A stretch of DNA of 64,000 nt from Candidatus Cloacimonadales bacterium. Lineage in GTDB: Bacteria; Cloacimonadota; Cloacimonadia; Cloacimonadales; JAIOQZ01. Positions within the stretch are counted from its first letter, which is position 1, and each line of letters opens with the position of its first letter. The stretch is from assembly GCA_963662655.2 (NCBI GenBank), contig CAXXTU010000002.1:192001-256000 (forward strand), written 5' to 3'. The position numbers and the translations under genes were made by a program. Positions 1 through 9,109 of the stretch are shown in pieces. Below the pieces are notes generated by a model. It saw only the letters and a list, made by a program, of their open reading frames with translations. It made no database searches and had not been told where the DNA came from.

Positions 1-1055
1 CGGATGGCTGGGTGAACCTCGACGCCTTCACCGGAGAATCGGATTGGACCCTGAAAGAATACAATCTCACGAACTACGTCGGTAACTCCGACGTAAGCCT
101 GCGGTTTTACCTTATGTCCGACACCTATCTCAACGAAGACGGGTTCTATCTGGACGATTTTAAAATCTACAGCGACTACGCTCTCGAGCTCAACTACGGC
201 GATGTCGACGACAGCGAAACCGTTACGGCTCAGGATGCAAGCTATATCCTGCAATACGCCGCGGGACTGGATCCGCTCGATAGCATCGATCCACGCCCGT
301 GGACCGACACCCGCACGGTTGCTGCCGATGTCGATGGCAACGGTCTCGTAACAGCGTACGATGCGTCCCTCGTTCAGCGGTTCGTCGACGGCGCGATCGA
401 TGGATTCCCGGTTGACGATTCCGATGTCCAGATCGATCCTTGCGAGGTAAGCATCAGGATTGAGAACGGCGCATTCATTTTCTCCACGGAGGATGAACTG
501 TTCGGACTCGATGTAACCTGCTGGGTAACGGACGACGTATCGCCGGGATCGCCCGAGGCGTTAGCTGAGGGCGTGTGGGCCTATGAGTACATCGGAGATG
601 TTGTCATGAAGTATTCGATGATGTCGACGAATGCGCTTGACGGAGATTTCCTGCGGATTCCGTTTGTGCTGCTCCATGAAAATCCGGACGATTTCACCTT
701 CGATTTGAACGTGAACGCGAGCTCCATCGAGTACGTTGTTGATATGGACCCGAGCGCTGTTGTGGAAATTCCGGAGTTTACGGATCAGCTTTTGGGCAAC
801 TTCCCCAATCCGTTCAATCCTACCACAAATATCCGGTTCTCGCTCTCGCAGGAAACACCGGTCGATATCACCATCTACAACATCAGAGGCCAGAAGGTGA
901 AGAAACTCACCTCCGAGCGCTATCCTGCCGGGGTTCATCAGGTGACCTGGTACGGCCAGGACGATTACAACAGGCCGGTGGCCTCCGGTATTTACCTGTA
1001 TCGGTATCAAGCCGGTAAGAATTCCGAAACAAGAAAGGCGTTACTGCTGAAATAA
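1..1055 (+). CDS. 5'-truncated secreted protein with dockerin-like double Ca-binding repeat and C-terminal T9SS-type/FlgD-Ig sorting domain
   Basis: Frame is open to the window edge; repeats GDVDDSETVTAQDASYILQY and ADVDGNGLVTAYDASLVQRF; C-terminus NFPNPFNP...YNIRGQKV...WYGQD...VASGIYLY...KALLLK. Confidence 0.85.
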   Translation, partial: DGWVNLDAFTGESDWTLKEYNLTNYVGNSDVSLRFYLMSDTYLNEDGFYLDDFKIYSDYALELNYGDVDDSETVTAQDASYILQYAAGLDPLDSIDPRPWTDTRTVAADVDGNGLVTAYDASLVQRFVDGAIDGFPVDDSDVQIDPCEVSIRIENGAFIFSTEDELFGLDVTCWVTDDVSPGSPEALAEGVWAYEYIGDVVMKYSMMSTNALDGDFLRIPFVLLHENPDDFTFDLNVNASSIEYVVDMDPSAVVEIPEFTDQLLGNFPNPFNPTTNIRFSLSQETPVDITIYNIRGQKVKKLTSERYPAGVHQVTWYGQDDYNRPVASGIYLYRYQAGKNSETRKALLLK

Positions 1056-1071
1056 TAAGCGTTAAGAAAGC

Positions 1072-1107
1072 AGGGGAGAGCCGGAAACGGTTCTCCCCTT
1101 TCTCTTT
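1072..1107 (+). terminator. Intrinsic terminator
   Basis: aggggagagccg-gaaa-cggttctcccct followed by a T-rich tract, just after the stop codon. Confidence 0.8.
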
Positions 1108-1163
1108 ATATCATAGAAATTGCTCTCTTGCAAACTGAGTGGTTAAGTATCCAATGAAGCGTT

Positions 1164-1256
1164 TCATCCTGATCTTTTTTCTCTGTCGTCCTGAGTTTCC
1201 TTTCTCAATCATCCTGATCTTCCTTTTCTCTGTCATCCTGAGCGGAGTCGAAGGAT
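1164..1256. repeat. Four degenerate tandem units of 22-24 bp (TCRTCCTGA core), ending in a REP-like TGTCATCCTGAGCGGAGTCGAAGGAT
   Basis: Cores start at 1164, 1186, 1209 and 1233; the last unit can pair atcct/aggat. Confidence 0.65.
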
Positions 1257-1386
1257 ACATTCAACCACCAGGTTTGAAAGAGAGTTATAATGGTTCACTC
1301 CCCTGATAAAGGTAGACGGATGATCTCAATGTCATCCGGACGGGTTTTCTCTATGTAGATGTTTCTCGCTCCAGACTGACTCGGGA

Positions 1387-1511
1387 GGCGTGAGTAGATT
1401 CGTTCGATCTCCCTTTTCAACGTGGTCTTCCACATCATTTCATTACGTTCGATAGTCCTGATGATGTGGTCTTTCACGTTGAAAAGGGAGATCGGGCGAA
1501 GATATCACGCC
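1387..1511 (+). repeat. Rod-like palindromic repeat family, copy 1 (125 bp)
   Basis: ggcgtgagtagattcgttcgatctcccttttcaacgtg ... cacgttgaaaagggagatcgggcgaagatatcacgcc; 26-bp stem with two G.T pairs, inner stem ccacatcat/atgatgtgg. Confidence 0.85.
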
Positions 1512-1587
1512 GGTAGATTGGTTCCTGGAACCTGTTCTTACTGGACACTCGGAAGAGCATTCAGAGAAGTTTTCTTCGGATGAGAAG

Positions 1588-1617
1588 AAAAAGAAAACCC
1601 CGCCTGAATGACGGGGT
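1588..1617 (-). terminator. Probable intrinsic terminator of add
   Basis: accccg/cggggt stem with an adjacent A-run on + (U-tract on -). Confidence 0.6.
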
Positions 1618-1648
1618 CCGCATTATCGTAACGAAGAGTTTTCCGTGA

Positions 1649-2716
1649 CTAGATTTTCTCTTCGATGATCACTTTTTCCTTCAATTCGGCTTCTTCCAGT
1701 TGCTCCATTTCGGCAAGTGCCCGGTTCAGGATTTTCACCTTATCTTTATATGGATAGAACGAGCTCTTGAAGCCGTTGATGATCAGATTCTTGATATCCT
1801 GATAATCCAGGCCGAGGATATCGTGAGCGAGCATGTACTCGTCGGTCATTGTCGTATCGGAGATGAGACGGTTATCCGTGTTCATGGTGACGCGAAGTCC
1901 GTAATCGATGTAGAACTTGATGGGATGTTCTGCGATCGACGCGACAGCCTTGGTGTGCATATTGCTCTTGAGGCATATCTCCAGGGGAATGCGGTGGTCG
2001 TTGACGAAATTGAGCAGGTCGCCGTTCTCGATCAAGCGTGTTCCGTGTCCGATGCGGTGCGTTCCACAATAGTGAAGCGCTTGATGAATGCTTTCAGGGC
2101 CATACGCTTCACCGGCGTGAATGGTGATATTCAGGTTGTTGCGTCTTGCAAGGTCGAATGCAGCCTGATGATCTTTCGCCGGGTGATTGTATTCCGAACC
2201 CGCGAGATCGAAGCCGAGAACGCCCTTGTTTTTGTATGCGATAGCAAGTTCAGCCAGCGTCAGCGATGTTGCCGGATCCATGTTGCGTATACCGCAGATG
2301 ATAACCCCCGTATGGATGTCGAATTTTCGTTCCGCTTCATGCAGACCGTCGATTACAGCTTCGGAGATTTGAGTGAGCTTGAGTCCCTGCTGCGTATGAA
2401 GAATGGGCGAGTAGCGCACCTCCATGTAACGAACGTTCTCTTTCGCAGCGTCTTCGGCGAGCTCAAACGCTGCTCTTGCCAGCGCTTCTTCTGTCTGAAG
2501 AACCGAGAGCGTTACGCTGAATCCCCTGAGGTATTCATCCAGACTCTTGCACTGCTCGGTGCAGCAAACGATTTTCTTCATTTCTTCGGGTGTGGATGCC
2601 GGAAGTTTGACCTTCTGCTTCTTTGCCAGGTCAAAGATTGTGCTTACACGCAACGAGCCGTCAAGATGAACGTGCAGATCAGCTTTCGGTAGTTTTTGTA
2701 TAAATTCCTTGTTCAT
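1649..2716 (-). CDS. add: Adenosine deaminase
   Basis: PKADLHVHLDGS, TIHAGE, RIGHG and NTDN metal-binding motifs. Confidence 0.92.
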   Translation of the reverse strand: MNKEFIQKLPKADLHVHLDGSLRVSTIFDLAKKQKVKLPASTPEEMKKIVCCTEQCKSLDEYLRGFSVTLSVLQTEEALARAAFELAEDAAKENVRYMEVRYSPILHTQQGLKLTQISEAVIDGLHEAERKFDIHTGVIICGIRNMDPATSLTLAELAIAYKNKGVLGFDLAGSEYNHPAKDHQAAFDLARRNNLNITIHAGEAYGPESIHQALHYCGTHRIGHGTRLIENGDLLNFVNDHRIPLEICLKSNMHTKAVASIAEHPIKFYIDYGLRVTMNTDNRLISDTTMTDEYMLAHDILGLDYQDIKNLIINGFKSSFYPYKDKVKILNRALAEMEQLEEAELKEKVIIEEKI

Positions 2717-2738
2717 AGTTCCTCCATTTTACAATAAA

Positions 2739-3302
2739 TTACAGCGTCCATCTGTTTCGGCAAACAATCTTCTCCATCGGGTGCCTTTTGTGGCTGCCGG
2801 CGAATTGCTTCACCAGCTTACCATACATCGTTTCCCGATCTTTCGGATATCCGAATGGACTCATTGCCACGACTCGTATTTGCTTCGGAATTTCGAGAAT
2901 CTTTTTTACGGATTCTTCGTTGAACGCCGCCAGCCAGCAACTGCCAATTCCGTGCTCGAGCGCAACAAGCATTATTTGCTGAAAAGCTATGGATGTGTCA
3001 ACAAGATAATAATCCTGATTGTTCAAGCGCACGCTGTGCTTGGGGTCAGCGCACGCTACAATGACCAGCGGAACGTCTTTCAGAAAGAAGTTGATAGTCC
3101 CGATAAATCCGCTCTTGAAGGCGAGTTTATGAATAATCTCCCGATCCTGAACGACGATGAAACGCCAGCACTGCCGGTTTTGCGCAGAGGGCGCAACGCG
3201 TCCGGCTTCGAGCATCTCTAGGATGACTTCTTCCGGTATCGGGTCGGGAGCGAAACTTCGTACACTGTGCCTTGCAAGTATCGTTTCGAGGCAACTTCCC
3301 AT
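2739..3302 (-). CDS. Nitroreductase family protein
   Basis: RHSVRSF, APSAQNRQCWRF and GIGSCW motifs. Confidence 0.9.
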   Translation of the reverse strand: MGSCLETILARHSVRSFAPDPIPEEVILEMLEAGRVAPSAQNRQCWRFIVVQDREIIHKLAFKSGFIGTINFFLKDVPLVIVACADPKHSVRLNNQDYYLVDTSIAFQQIMLVALEHGIGSCWLAAFNEESVKKILEIPKQIRVVAMSPFGYPKDRETMYGKLVKQFAGSHKRHPMEKIVCRNRWTL

Positions 3303-3308
3303 AGATGG

Positions 3309-4436
3309 TCAGAATCTGAAACCGAGTCCAAGCGATGCCGAGAAGGAATCGTACTCAGAGAAGTTGTAGTCGAAACTCACCTGGATCAGGCTCAACTGCG
3401 CTGCGGCCCCGAGAATGAAGCGATACTGGTTCTCGCCGTCGATATCGAAGGAAACCTTCTGCTCGCTGAGCTCGACAGGGGCATCTGAGTCGTCAAGCTG
3501 GTAGGTGTATCCGAACTCTACATTGGATTTTTCGAGAAGAACGCCAGCGTATGGCGTGATACTCAGCGTGGGAAGGCCCAACGTCTTGCTGATGTTCATC
3601 CCGCCTGCGTATGCGGTAGCCTTCATGATGTCGCCTACTTCAAGCTGCTGCATGAAGAAGTTGAACGAGACATCGATCGGAATCACGAAATCGACAAAAT
3701 CGCTCATCCACACAATGGGGTTGTGCTGAAATCCCACGCCCCAGTAGGTCAATTCCCCGATCTCCTCGTTGATGTTTACGTTCGGAAGCCAGCGAACCAC
3801 GAACACGGTTCCCATGATGGTTCCGAGCGTAAGCTGCGGAGCGAAATGAGGGATCATGTTCAGGTTGTCCAGAAGACCGTGAACAGGAAGCTCAACCGAT
3901 TCTTCGTCCACATAGTATTCTTCCTCAAGCTGTGTCGATGGATTGATCACAGTAAGCGTGTCGCCGCCAAAGTGAACTTGAATATTGTCGTCTTCGCTGC
4001 CGATAATTGTCGGTCCCTTGATCCCCACCGTGTATTCGTGCGCCATCACCTCTTCCACAAGCTCGTTGTAAAGAGGATGTGTATCGTCGTAGCCACCGTT
4101 ATTGACGATCGATTCCGCCTGGCTGCGGGTAAATCGGAATTTGCCCGTCGTGTCGAAGCTTTTTTCGCTGTCCTTGAAGTTGGTTCCCATCACCACGATT
4201 TTCATGGAGATGTTGAGTCCGAGGTTCTTCGAGCGCGGCGCCATCTGGAACCAGCCGCTGTTCATGTTTGCCCCGAAGGGTGAGGTGATCGGTGAGACAT
4301 ATTCTTTGGCGGCATCGCCGGTCAGCGCTTCCAATTGAGATTCGAGATCGTTGTCGGGTATGTCGTCGATGATATCCTGAGCGTAAAAAATATTCAATGC
4401 CAAAACAAAAACCAGTAAAATCAATATCTTCTTCAT
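3309..4436 (-). CDS. Secreted, probable outer-membrane protein of unknown function (possibly DUF6588-like)
   Basis: Signal peptide MKKILILL..., GGAGG RBS, amphipathic beta strands, C-terminal ...GLGFRF. Confidence 0.65.
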   Translation of the reverse strand: MKKILILLVFVLALNIFYAQDIIDDIPDNDLESQLEALTGDAAKEYVSPITSPFGANMNSGWFQMAPRSKNLGLNISMKIVVMGTNFKDSEKSFDTTGKFRFTRSQAESIVNNGGYDDTHPLYNELVEEVMAHEYTVGIKGPTIIGSEDDNIQVHFGGDTLTVINPSTQLEEEYYVDEESVELPVHGLLDNLNMIPHFAPQLTLGTIMGTVFVVRWLPNVNINEEIGELTYWGVGFQHNPIVWMSDFVDFVIPIDVSFNFFMQQLEVGDIMKATAYAGGMNISKTLGLPTLSITPYAGVLLEKSNVEFGYTYQLDDSDAPVELSEQKVSFDIDGENQYRFILGAAAQLSLIQVSFDYNFSEYDSFSASLGLGFRF

Positions 4437-4708
4437 TGCTAACTTCCTCCAATGCGTTCTGGTCGTATTCTCTCATGCAGTTCTTCGTTTGAATCACCCA
4501 AAACCTTTTGGCTCTTCAAACGGAATATCCTCTCTGATAAAAACTTCCGCCCCTTCTGATTTTCCCGTCTGTGGTCTGTCAAAGCGGAAATTATATCGTA
4601 TGATAATATGCGGTACTGAATCGAACTCCGTCAATGAAATTTTGTAAAAATCAAATATCAGCGTGCGCTCGGGCTGAATGTGATGGAAGAATTGCGAACT
4701 TGCTTCAG

Positions 4709-4740
4709 AAAAAGAAAAGCCCCGAGAATCCTCGGGGCCT
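4709..4740 (-). terminator. Intrinsic terminator of groES-trxA
   Basis: gccccgag-aatc-ctcggggc hairpin with A-run on +. Confidence 0.75.
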
Positions 4741-4760
4741 TCATTGCGACACTAAAACAA

Positions 4761-5078
4761 TTACACCGAATCGAGTCGCTCGGAAATCTTCGCCTTGTTC
4801 ACGACGCCAACCATCTGGTGTTTGATCGAACCTTCGGAAAACACCAGCAGGGTCGGAATCGACATGATCTGGTACTTCGAGGCAACCTGAGGCGCTTCGT
4901 CAACGTTGACCTTCACGACCTTCACTTTGCCTTCGTATTCTGCGGCGATCTGCTTCACGGTTGGATCCAGCATTTTGCAAGGACCGCACCATGGCGCCCA
5001 GAAATCGACCAGAACCGGAATATCCGATTGAAGAACTTCAGCCTCGAACTCGGCTTGCGTAAGATTTTTTACTTCCAC
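4761..5078 (-). CDS. trxA: Thioredoxin
   Basis: DFWAPWCGPCK active site, 105 aa. Confidence 0.95.
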   Translation of the reverse strand: MEVKNLTQAEFEAEVLQSDIPVLVDFWAPWCGPCKMLDPTVKQIAAEYEGKVKVVKVNVDEAPQVASKYQIMSIPTLLVFSEGSIKHQMVGVVNKAKISERLDSV

Positions 5079-5081
5079 AGC

Positions 5082-5351
5082 TTACTCGACAATCGCGAGG
5101 ACATCGCTGCGTGATACGATCAGATACTTGACAGCGTCGATCTCTACTTCCGTGCCGCCGTACTTCGCGTAGAGAATCTTGTCGCCGATCTTCACGATCT
5201 CTTTGAGTTCTTCGTCGGTTCCCACTGCAATTACTTCACCGATCTGCGGTTTTTCTTTTGCGGTATCGGGGATGATGATCCCACCGACTTTCTTTTCTTT
5301 AATTTCTACGGGCTTAATCACCACTCTGTCATCAAGCGGTCTGATATTCAT
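5082..5351 (-). CDS. groES: Co-chaperonin GroES
   Basis: [50 protein letters not shown]. Confidence 0.95.
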   Translation of the reverse strand: MNIRPLDDRVVIKPVEIKEKKVGGIIIPDTAKEKPQIGEVIAVGTDEELKEIVKIGDKILYAKYGGTEVEIDAVKYLIVSRSDVLAIVE

Positions 5352-5411
5352 ATCATTCCTCCTTCAGGTTTTCTTTTTATTGTACTAATATAGATAATCC
5401 AATGAATCAAA

Positions 5412-5438
5412 TTAGCAAACACTTTTTTAGAGTGCCAG
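5412..5438 (-). promoter_or_regulatory. CIRCE-like (HrcA) operator upstream of groES
   Basis: TTAGCAAAC-N9-GAGTGCCAG versus consensus TTAGCACTC-N9-GAGTGCTAA; TTGACG -35-like box on - at 5446-5451. Confidence 0.75.
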
Positions 5439-5530
5439 TTTTTATCGTCAAGTAATTTCTGTGATTCGACGATGTTCTGCCAGGACGAATCACTTCCGAC
5501 CACACGCACGACCACGGAGAAATATGGGGT

Positions 5531-6940
5531 TTATTTCACCATCACCACTTTTCCGATGGCGATCGCTTTGTTTTGAACGTTCAACCGGCACAAATAGATT
5601 CCTGAGGCTACGGTTTTCCCGTTAAAATCTTTACCATCCCAACAGGCGAGTTGCTCTCCCGCAGGCCTGTAGCCCAACTCAAGGCGGCGTACTTTCTGCC
5701 CTCGACAATTGAAGATATCGATGTTAACCGTACCATCCTCGGGAAACTTGAATTTGAATATCGTACTCTCTCTAAATGGATTCGGATAATTGCCCAGCCT
5801 GGCTTCGATGTTTTGCTCTGGTTCAGGAGGTAATGGATTTTCCACGAAATGCCCGGTTCCATCATTATATGCAATCCCGACATAGGATACACCACTACCA
5901 TGACTCGGGCCAATGATGTCGATCGCGCCGTTGCCATCCATATCTGCGAAATTAAAAGGGCTTCCTTGTAAAAATGTTGTATCAGCTTCAGTGAACTTGA
6001 GATCGCCCAGATTAAACATCATCATGTTGCCGAACAACATGTCGTTGAATCCGTTTCCATCGAAATCCTCAACTCCGATCTGACTGGCAGAATCGTAGTA
6101 CCAGTATGTGAAATCCAGCGAGAATTCTCCATATCCGTCATTGCAATACACTGTAACGTCGATGATATCTGTGAAATACTCCCAGTAGCCTGCGGCGATG
6201 TCCAAGTCACCATCGTTGTCCATATCCCTCAAGCTCGTCATGAACATGGGTATCTGAGGTTCCACGATTCGGGAAGTCCAACTGCCGTCTTCATAATCGA
6301 ATATCGTGAGCCAATCCCCCGCGATCAACACTTCATCCCGTGAGTCTCCGTCGATATCACCGATGGAGATATCCTGAGGTGGAAGTCCCAAGTCGATGTA
6401 TTCCGGTGCGGTGAAGTTTCCGTGATTGTTCATCACGAAACCTGCACAACTTCCGTAGTTTGAACATATAGCGATATCATCTCCAGGGACACCATCGAAG
6501 TTGCCGGTTTTGATGCCAGTCATATATTTATCTTTAGTATATTCGATTGAGTCAATGTGGGAATACCCCTGAATGGCATAATCGTGAATAATTGCGAAAT
6601 AAATGGATTCAAGGTGGTCTTCAGCATCAAAAACGCAAGAGGTGGTAACAATATCAGGGCACTGATTCATGTCCATATCCCCAATTGCCACATAGCCATG
6701 ATTACCAATGATATAGCATGAATCCTGAATTGTAAATTCCCCAAAATGATTGTTTATGAAGACCGAGATACCTCTCCAGCCATCAGAAGGAACAGGTCTC
6801 GATCCCACAACTACGTCAGGGTAGCCGTCCACATTGATATCTGCCACAGCGGTCGTTTGAATATAATACGGTGCACGGAAACGGAGGCCGTAGAGAGCGA
6901 GCGATAGCAAACAAAATGCGAGAATCAACACCCTTTTCAT
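5531..6940 (-). CDS. FG-GAP/VCBS-repeat protein with C-terminal T9SS-type sorting domain
   Basis: Repeated DxNxDG.xD motifs (DINVDGYPD, DIDGDSRDE, DMDNDGDLD, DFDGNGFND, DMDGNGAID); signal peptide from ATG 6940; NYPNPF...VASGIY C-terminus. Confidence 0.85.
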   Translation of the reverse strand: MKRVLILAFCLLSLALYGLRFRAPYYIQTTAVADINVDGYPDVVVGSRPVPSDGWRGISVFINNHFGEFTIQDSCYIIGNHGYVAIGDMDMNQCPDIVTTSCVFDAEDHLESIYFAIIHDYAIQGYSHIDSIEYTKDKYMTGIKTGNFDGVPGDDIAICSNYGSCAGFVMNNHGNFTAPEYIDLGLPPQDISIGDIDGDSRDEVLIAGDWLTIFDYEDGSWTSRIVEPQIPMFMTSLRDMDNDGDLDIAAGYWEYFTDIIDVTVYCNDGYGEFSLDFTYWYYDSASQIGVEDFDGNGFNDMLFGNMMMFNLGDLKFTEADTTFLQGSPFNFADMDGNGAIDIIGPSHGSGVSYVGIAYNDGTGHFVENPLPPEPEQNIEARLGNYPNPFRESTIFKFKFPEDGTVNIDIFNCRGQKVRRLELGYRPAGEQLACWDGKDFNGKTVASGIYLCRLNVQNKAIAIGKVVMVK

Positions 6941-7142
6941 TTTTCTCCCAAAACCAAGTATGATTGTCAATTACACTAATTAGAGTGTGTCTCTAACAAT
7001 TGTCAAGTTTTGTGATATTCGCTGGAGGAAAACTCGAAACGACAATCAGTGAATGTGCGCCACATGATTCCTATCGGATAAATATCCTTGACATGATGAT
7101 TGTGTGATTGCTCAATCGGGAAAACCTTTGGGGAGGAATACT

Positions 7143-7772
7143 ATGAATCGTATTTTATTACTGTGCGTGTTACTTTCAATTTTTACCCTCTTTGCCTGTG
7201 CTCCAAAAGAGGAAGCGCCGGCGCAGGAAGCCAGCCAGCCGGTTGAAGAAAAGCCCGAAATGCTCGTTAAAACCAGCTTCTTCGATTTCCACGATCTGGA
7301 CAAGGATGGCTTTGTCACGGAGGAAGAGCATAAAGCAAATTATCGGAACCTTTTCGCATCGCATGATATTGACGGCGACGGCGTTCACAACGAAGGCGAA
7401 ATCAAAGGCAAGATTCAAAGAATATTCAATCGATGGGATAAAGACGGCGACAATAAGATAACGATTGAAGAAATGAAGGTTTCGACCGTTGGAGAAGGCT
7501 GGGAAGAGATCGACATCACTGGAATCGAATGTGACGACAATCCTGCTTTCTGTTTCTCGAAAATGGATATTGATGGCGATGGGAAGCTCGCCCGAACCGA
7601 GCATCTGGCATTCGTCGAGAAGCGTTTTGTAGCAATGGATGTGAATAGCGACAATATGATCGAAGAAATGGAATTTATGGATTCTTTCATGAAAACGCAT
7701 CAGGCGATGGATGGAGATATCGACCACGCGATCTCTTTAGATGAGCTTGAGCAGTACAACTACGGCGGATAA
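7143..7772 (+). CDS. Lipoprotein with six EF-hand-like motifs
   Basis: GGGAGG RBS before ATG 7143; lipobox LFAC; six DxDxDG-type loops ending in E. Confidence 0.8.
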   Translation: MNRILLLCVLLSIFTLFACAPKEEAPAQEASQPVEEKPEMLVKTSFFDFHDLDKDGFVTEEEHKANYRNLFASHDIDGDGVHNEGEIKGKIQRIFNRWDKDGDNKITIEEMKVSTVGEGWEEIDITGIECDDNPAFCFSKMDIDGDGKLARTEHLAFVEKRFVAMDVNSDNMIEEMEFMDSFMKTHQAMDGDIDHAISLDELEQYNYGG

Positions 7773-7793
7773 AACTTTTTTCCGATAAAAAAT

Positions 7794-7823
7794 AGCGCTT
7801 TCACCCGAAAGCGCTTTTTCTTT
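7794..7823 (+). terminator. Intrinsic terminator
   Basis: agcgctttc-accc-gaaagcgct followed by a T-run. Confidence 0.8.
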
Positions 7824-7920
7824 GCCCAACCGACGGATAATCGATAATCGCAGGTTTACCGTGAATTTCCTTGACGTCAGATTTGAGCGTGCATTCATGA
7901 GATTCAGGAAGTACAAAAAT

Positions 7921-9096
7921 ATGGCACCAAAGAAGAAAAAATCGAACATAAAAAAGAGAAAAAGCGCAAAGAAACGAAGCGGCACATCGCGCGGGTGTCT
8001 GCTGTTTCTTGTTGCGATCGTTATGCTTGCGGGACTGGCCTGGTGGTCTTTTCGCCATTTCAAGGAGCCGGTGGAAGCGCCCAAGCCCAAGAGCACGGTG
8101 ATGGACTCGATCTATTTCGCGATCGACAAGCTCGGTATTCCGCAAAAGCTCATCAAGACCAAGGACATGGGCGACAGCATTCGCGTGGAGATCGGTTTGG
8201 ACCCAGAACGTCACGATCTGCCGTTCGTGAACATGCTCTTCTCTGGAACCCTCGAGCAGGCCGGCGCAACGTTCGTCTCGGGCGTGACAGGTCCCAAGGA
8301 GCGTTTCCATACGCTCAGGTATTTCGACCCGATCGACGAGAAGACCGTCGTTGTCTATCTACATTTCGCTCGAAGGAAGGAATTCCCCGAGGACAAACCG
8401 CTGCTATCGATCATCGTGGACGATTTCGGCAATATACATGGCGAGGATCTCTCGCAGTTTTGCGACTTGATCGATCCCAACGTTACCTTCGCCATCATGC
8501 CCGGAAGGCCGCACGCCAAGGACGCGATGGAGAGGGGCCGGGCAGCCGGGCATGAATTGATCATTCACATGCCGATGGAGCCGATTGCTTATCCCAAGGC
8601 GGATCCGGGAAAGAACGCGATTTTCGTGGATATGAGTCCCAAAGAAATACGCTCGACCGTTCGAGATTATATCAAGGAATTACCGTATTGCGTAGGCGCG
8701 AACAATCACATGGGCAGCCTTGCAACCTCCGATTCCGATGTAATGAACGTGGTGCTCGACGAACTGAAAAAAGCAGGATTGTATTTCATCGACAGTCGGA
8801 CGATCGCCAACTCGGTCGCTTACGACGTTGCTAAAAAACTGGGCATCCGCACCGCGAAGCGGAACCTCTCTTTCCTCGACAAGCCGGATGCTTCCATGGC
8901 GACGATGAGTCAGCGCGCAGCCGAGCTGAAGAAGATGAAAGAGAACGGAGTGAAGCACGTTGTAACGATTTCCCACTGCTACCCGTCGGATCGCCTGAAG
9001 CAGCTTGTGCATTTCATCGATGAAGCGAAGGCGGCCGGATTCGAGCTGGTACCTGTATCGAGACTGCTAGAAGAAGAATACAAAGAGATATTGTAA
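7921..9096 (+). CDS. Divergent polysaccharide deacetylase family protein (YibQ-like), membrane anchored
   Basis: IIVDDFG, IHMPMEP, GANNHMGS, YFIDSRT motifs; basic N-terminus then a TM helix; start codon uncertain. Confidence 0.85.
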   Translation: MAPKKKKSNIKKRKSAKKRSGTSRGCLLFLVAIVMLAGLAWWSFRHFKEPVEAPKPKSTVMDSIYFAIDKLGIPQKLIKTKDMGDSIRVEIGLDPERHDLPFVNMLFSGTLEQAGATFVSGVTGPKERFHTLRYFDPIDEKTVVVYLHFARRKEFPEDKPLLSIIVDDFGNIHGEDLSQFCDLIDPNVTFAIMPGRPHAKDAMERGRAAGHELIIHMPMEPIAYPKADPGKNAIFVDMSPKEIRSTVRDYIKELPYCVGANNHMGSLATSDSDVMNVVLDELKKAGLYFIDSRTIANSVAYDVAKKLGIRTAKRNLSFLDKPDASMATMSQRAAELKKMKENGVKHVVTISHCYPSDRLKQLVHFIDEAKAAGFELVPVSRLLEEEYKEIL

Positions 9097-9109
9097 CAAA
9101 AGGAAATAC

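Noticed and set aside
1295..1477. 60-aa ORF, and ORFs 11997-12188, 53959-54263 and 54260-54553
   Set aside because: They run across palindromic or 9-mer repeats or the tRNA and have no protein-like features I can recognise.
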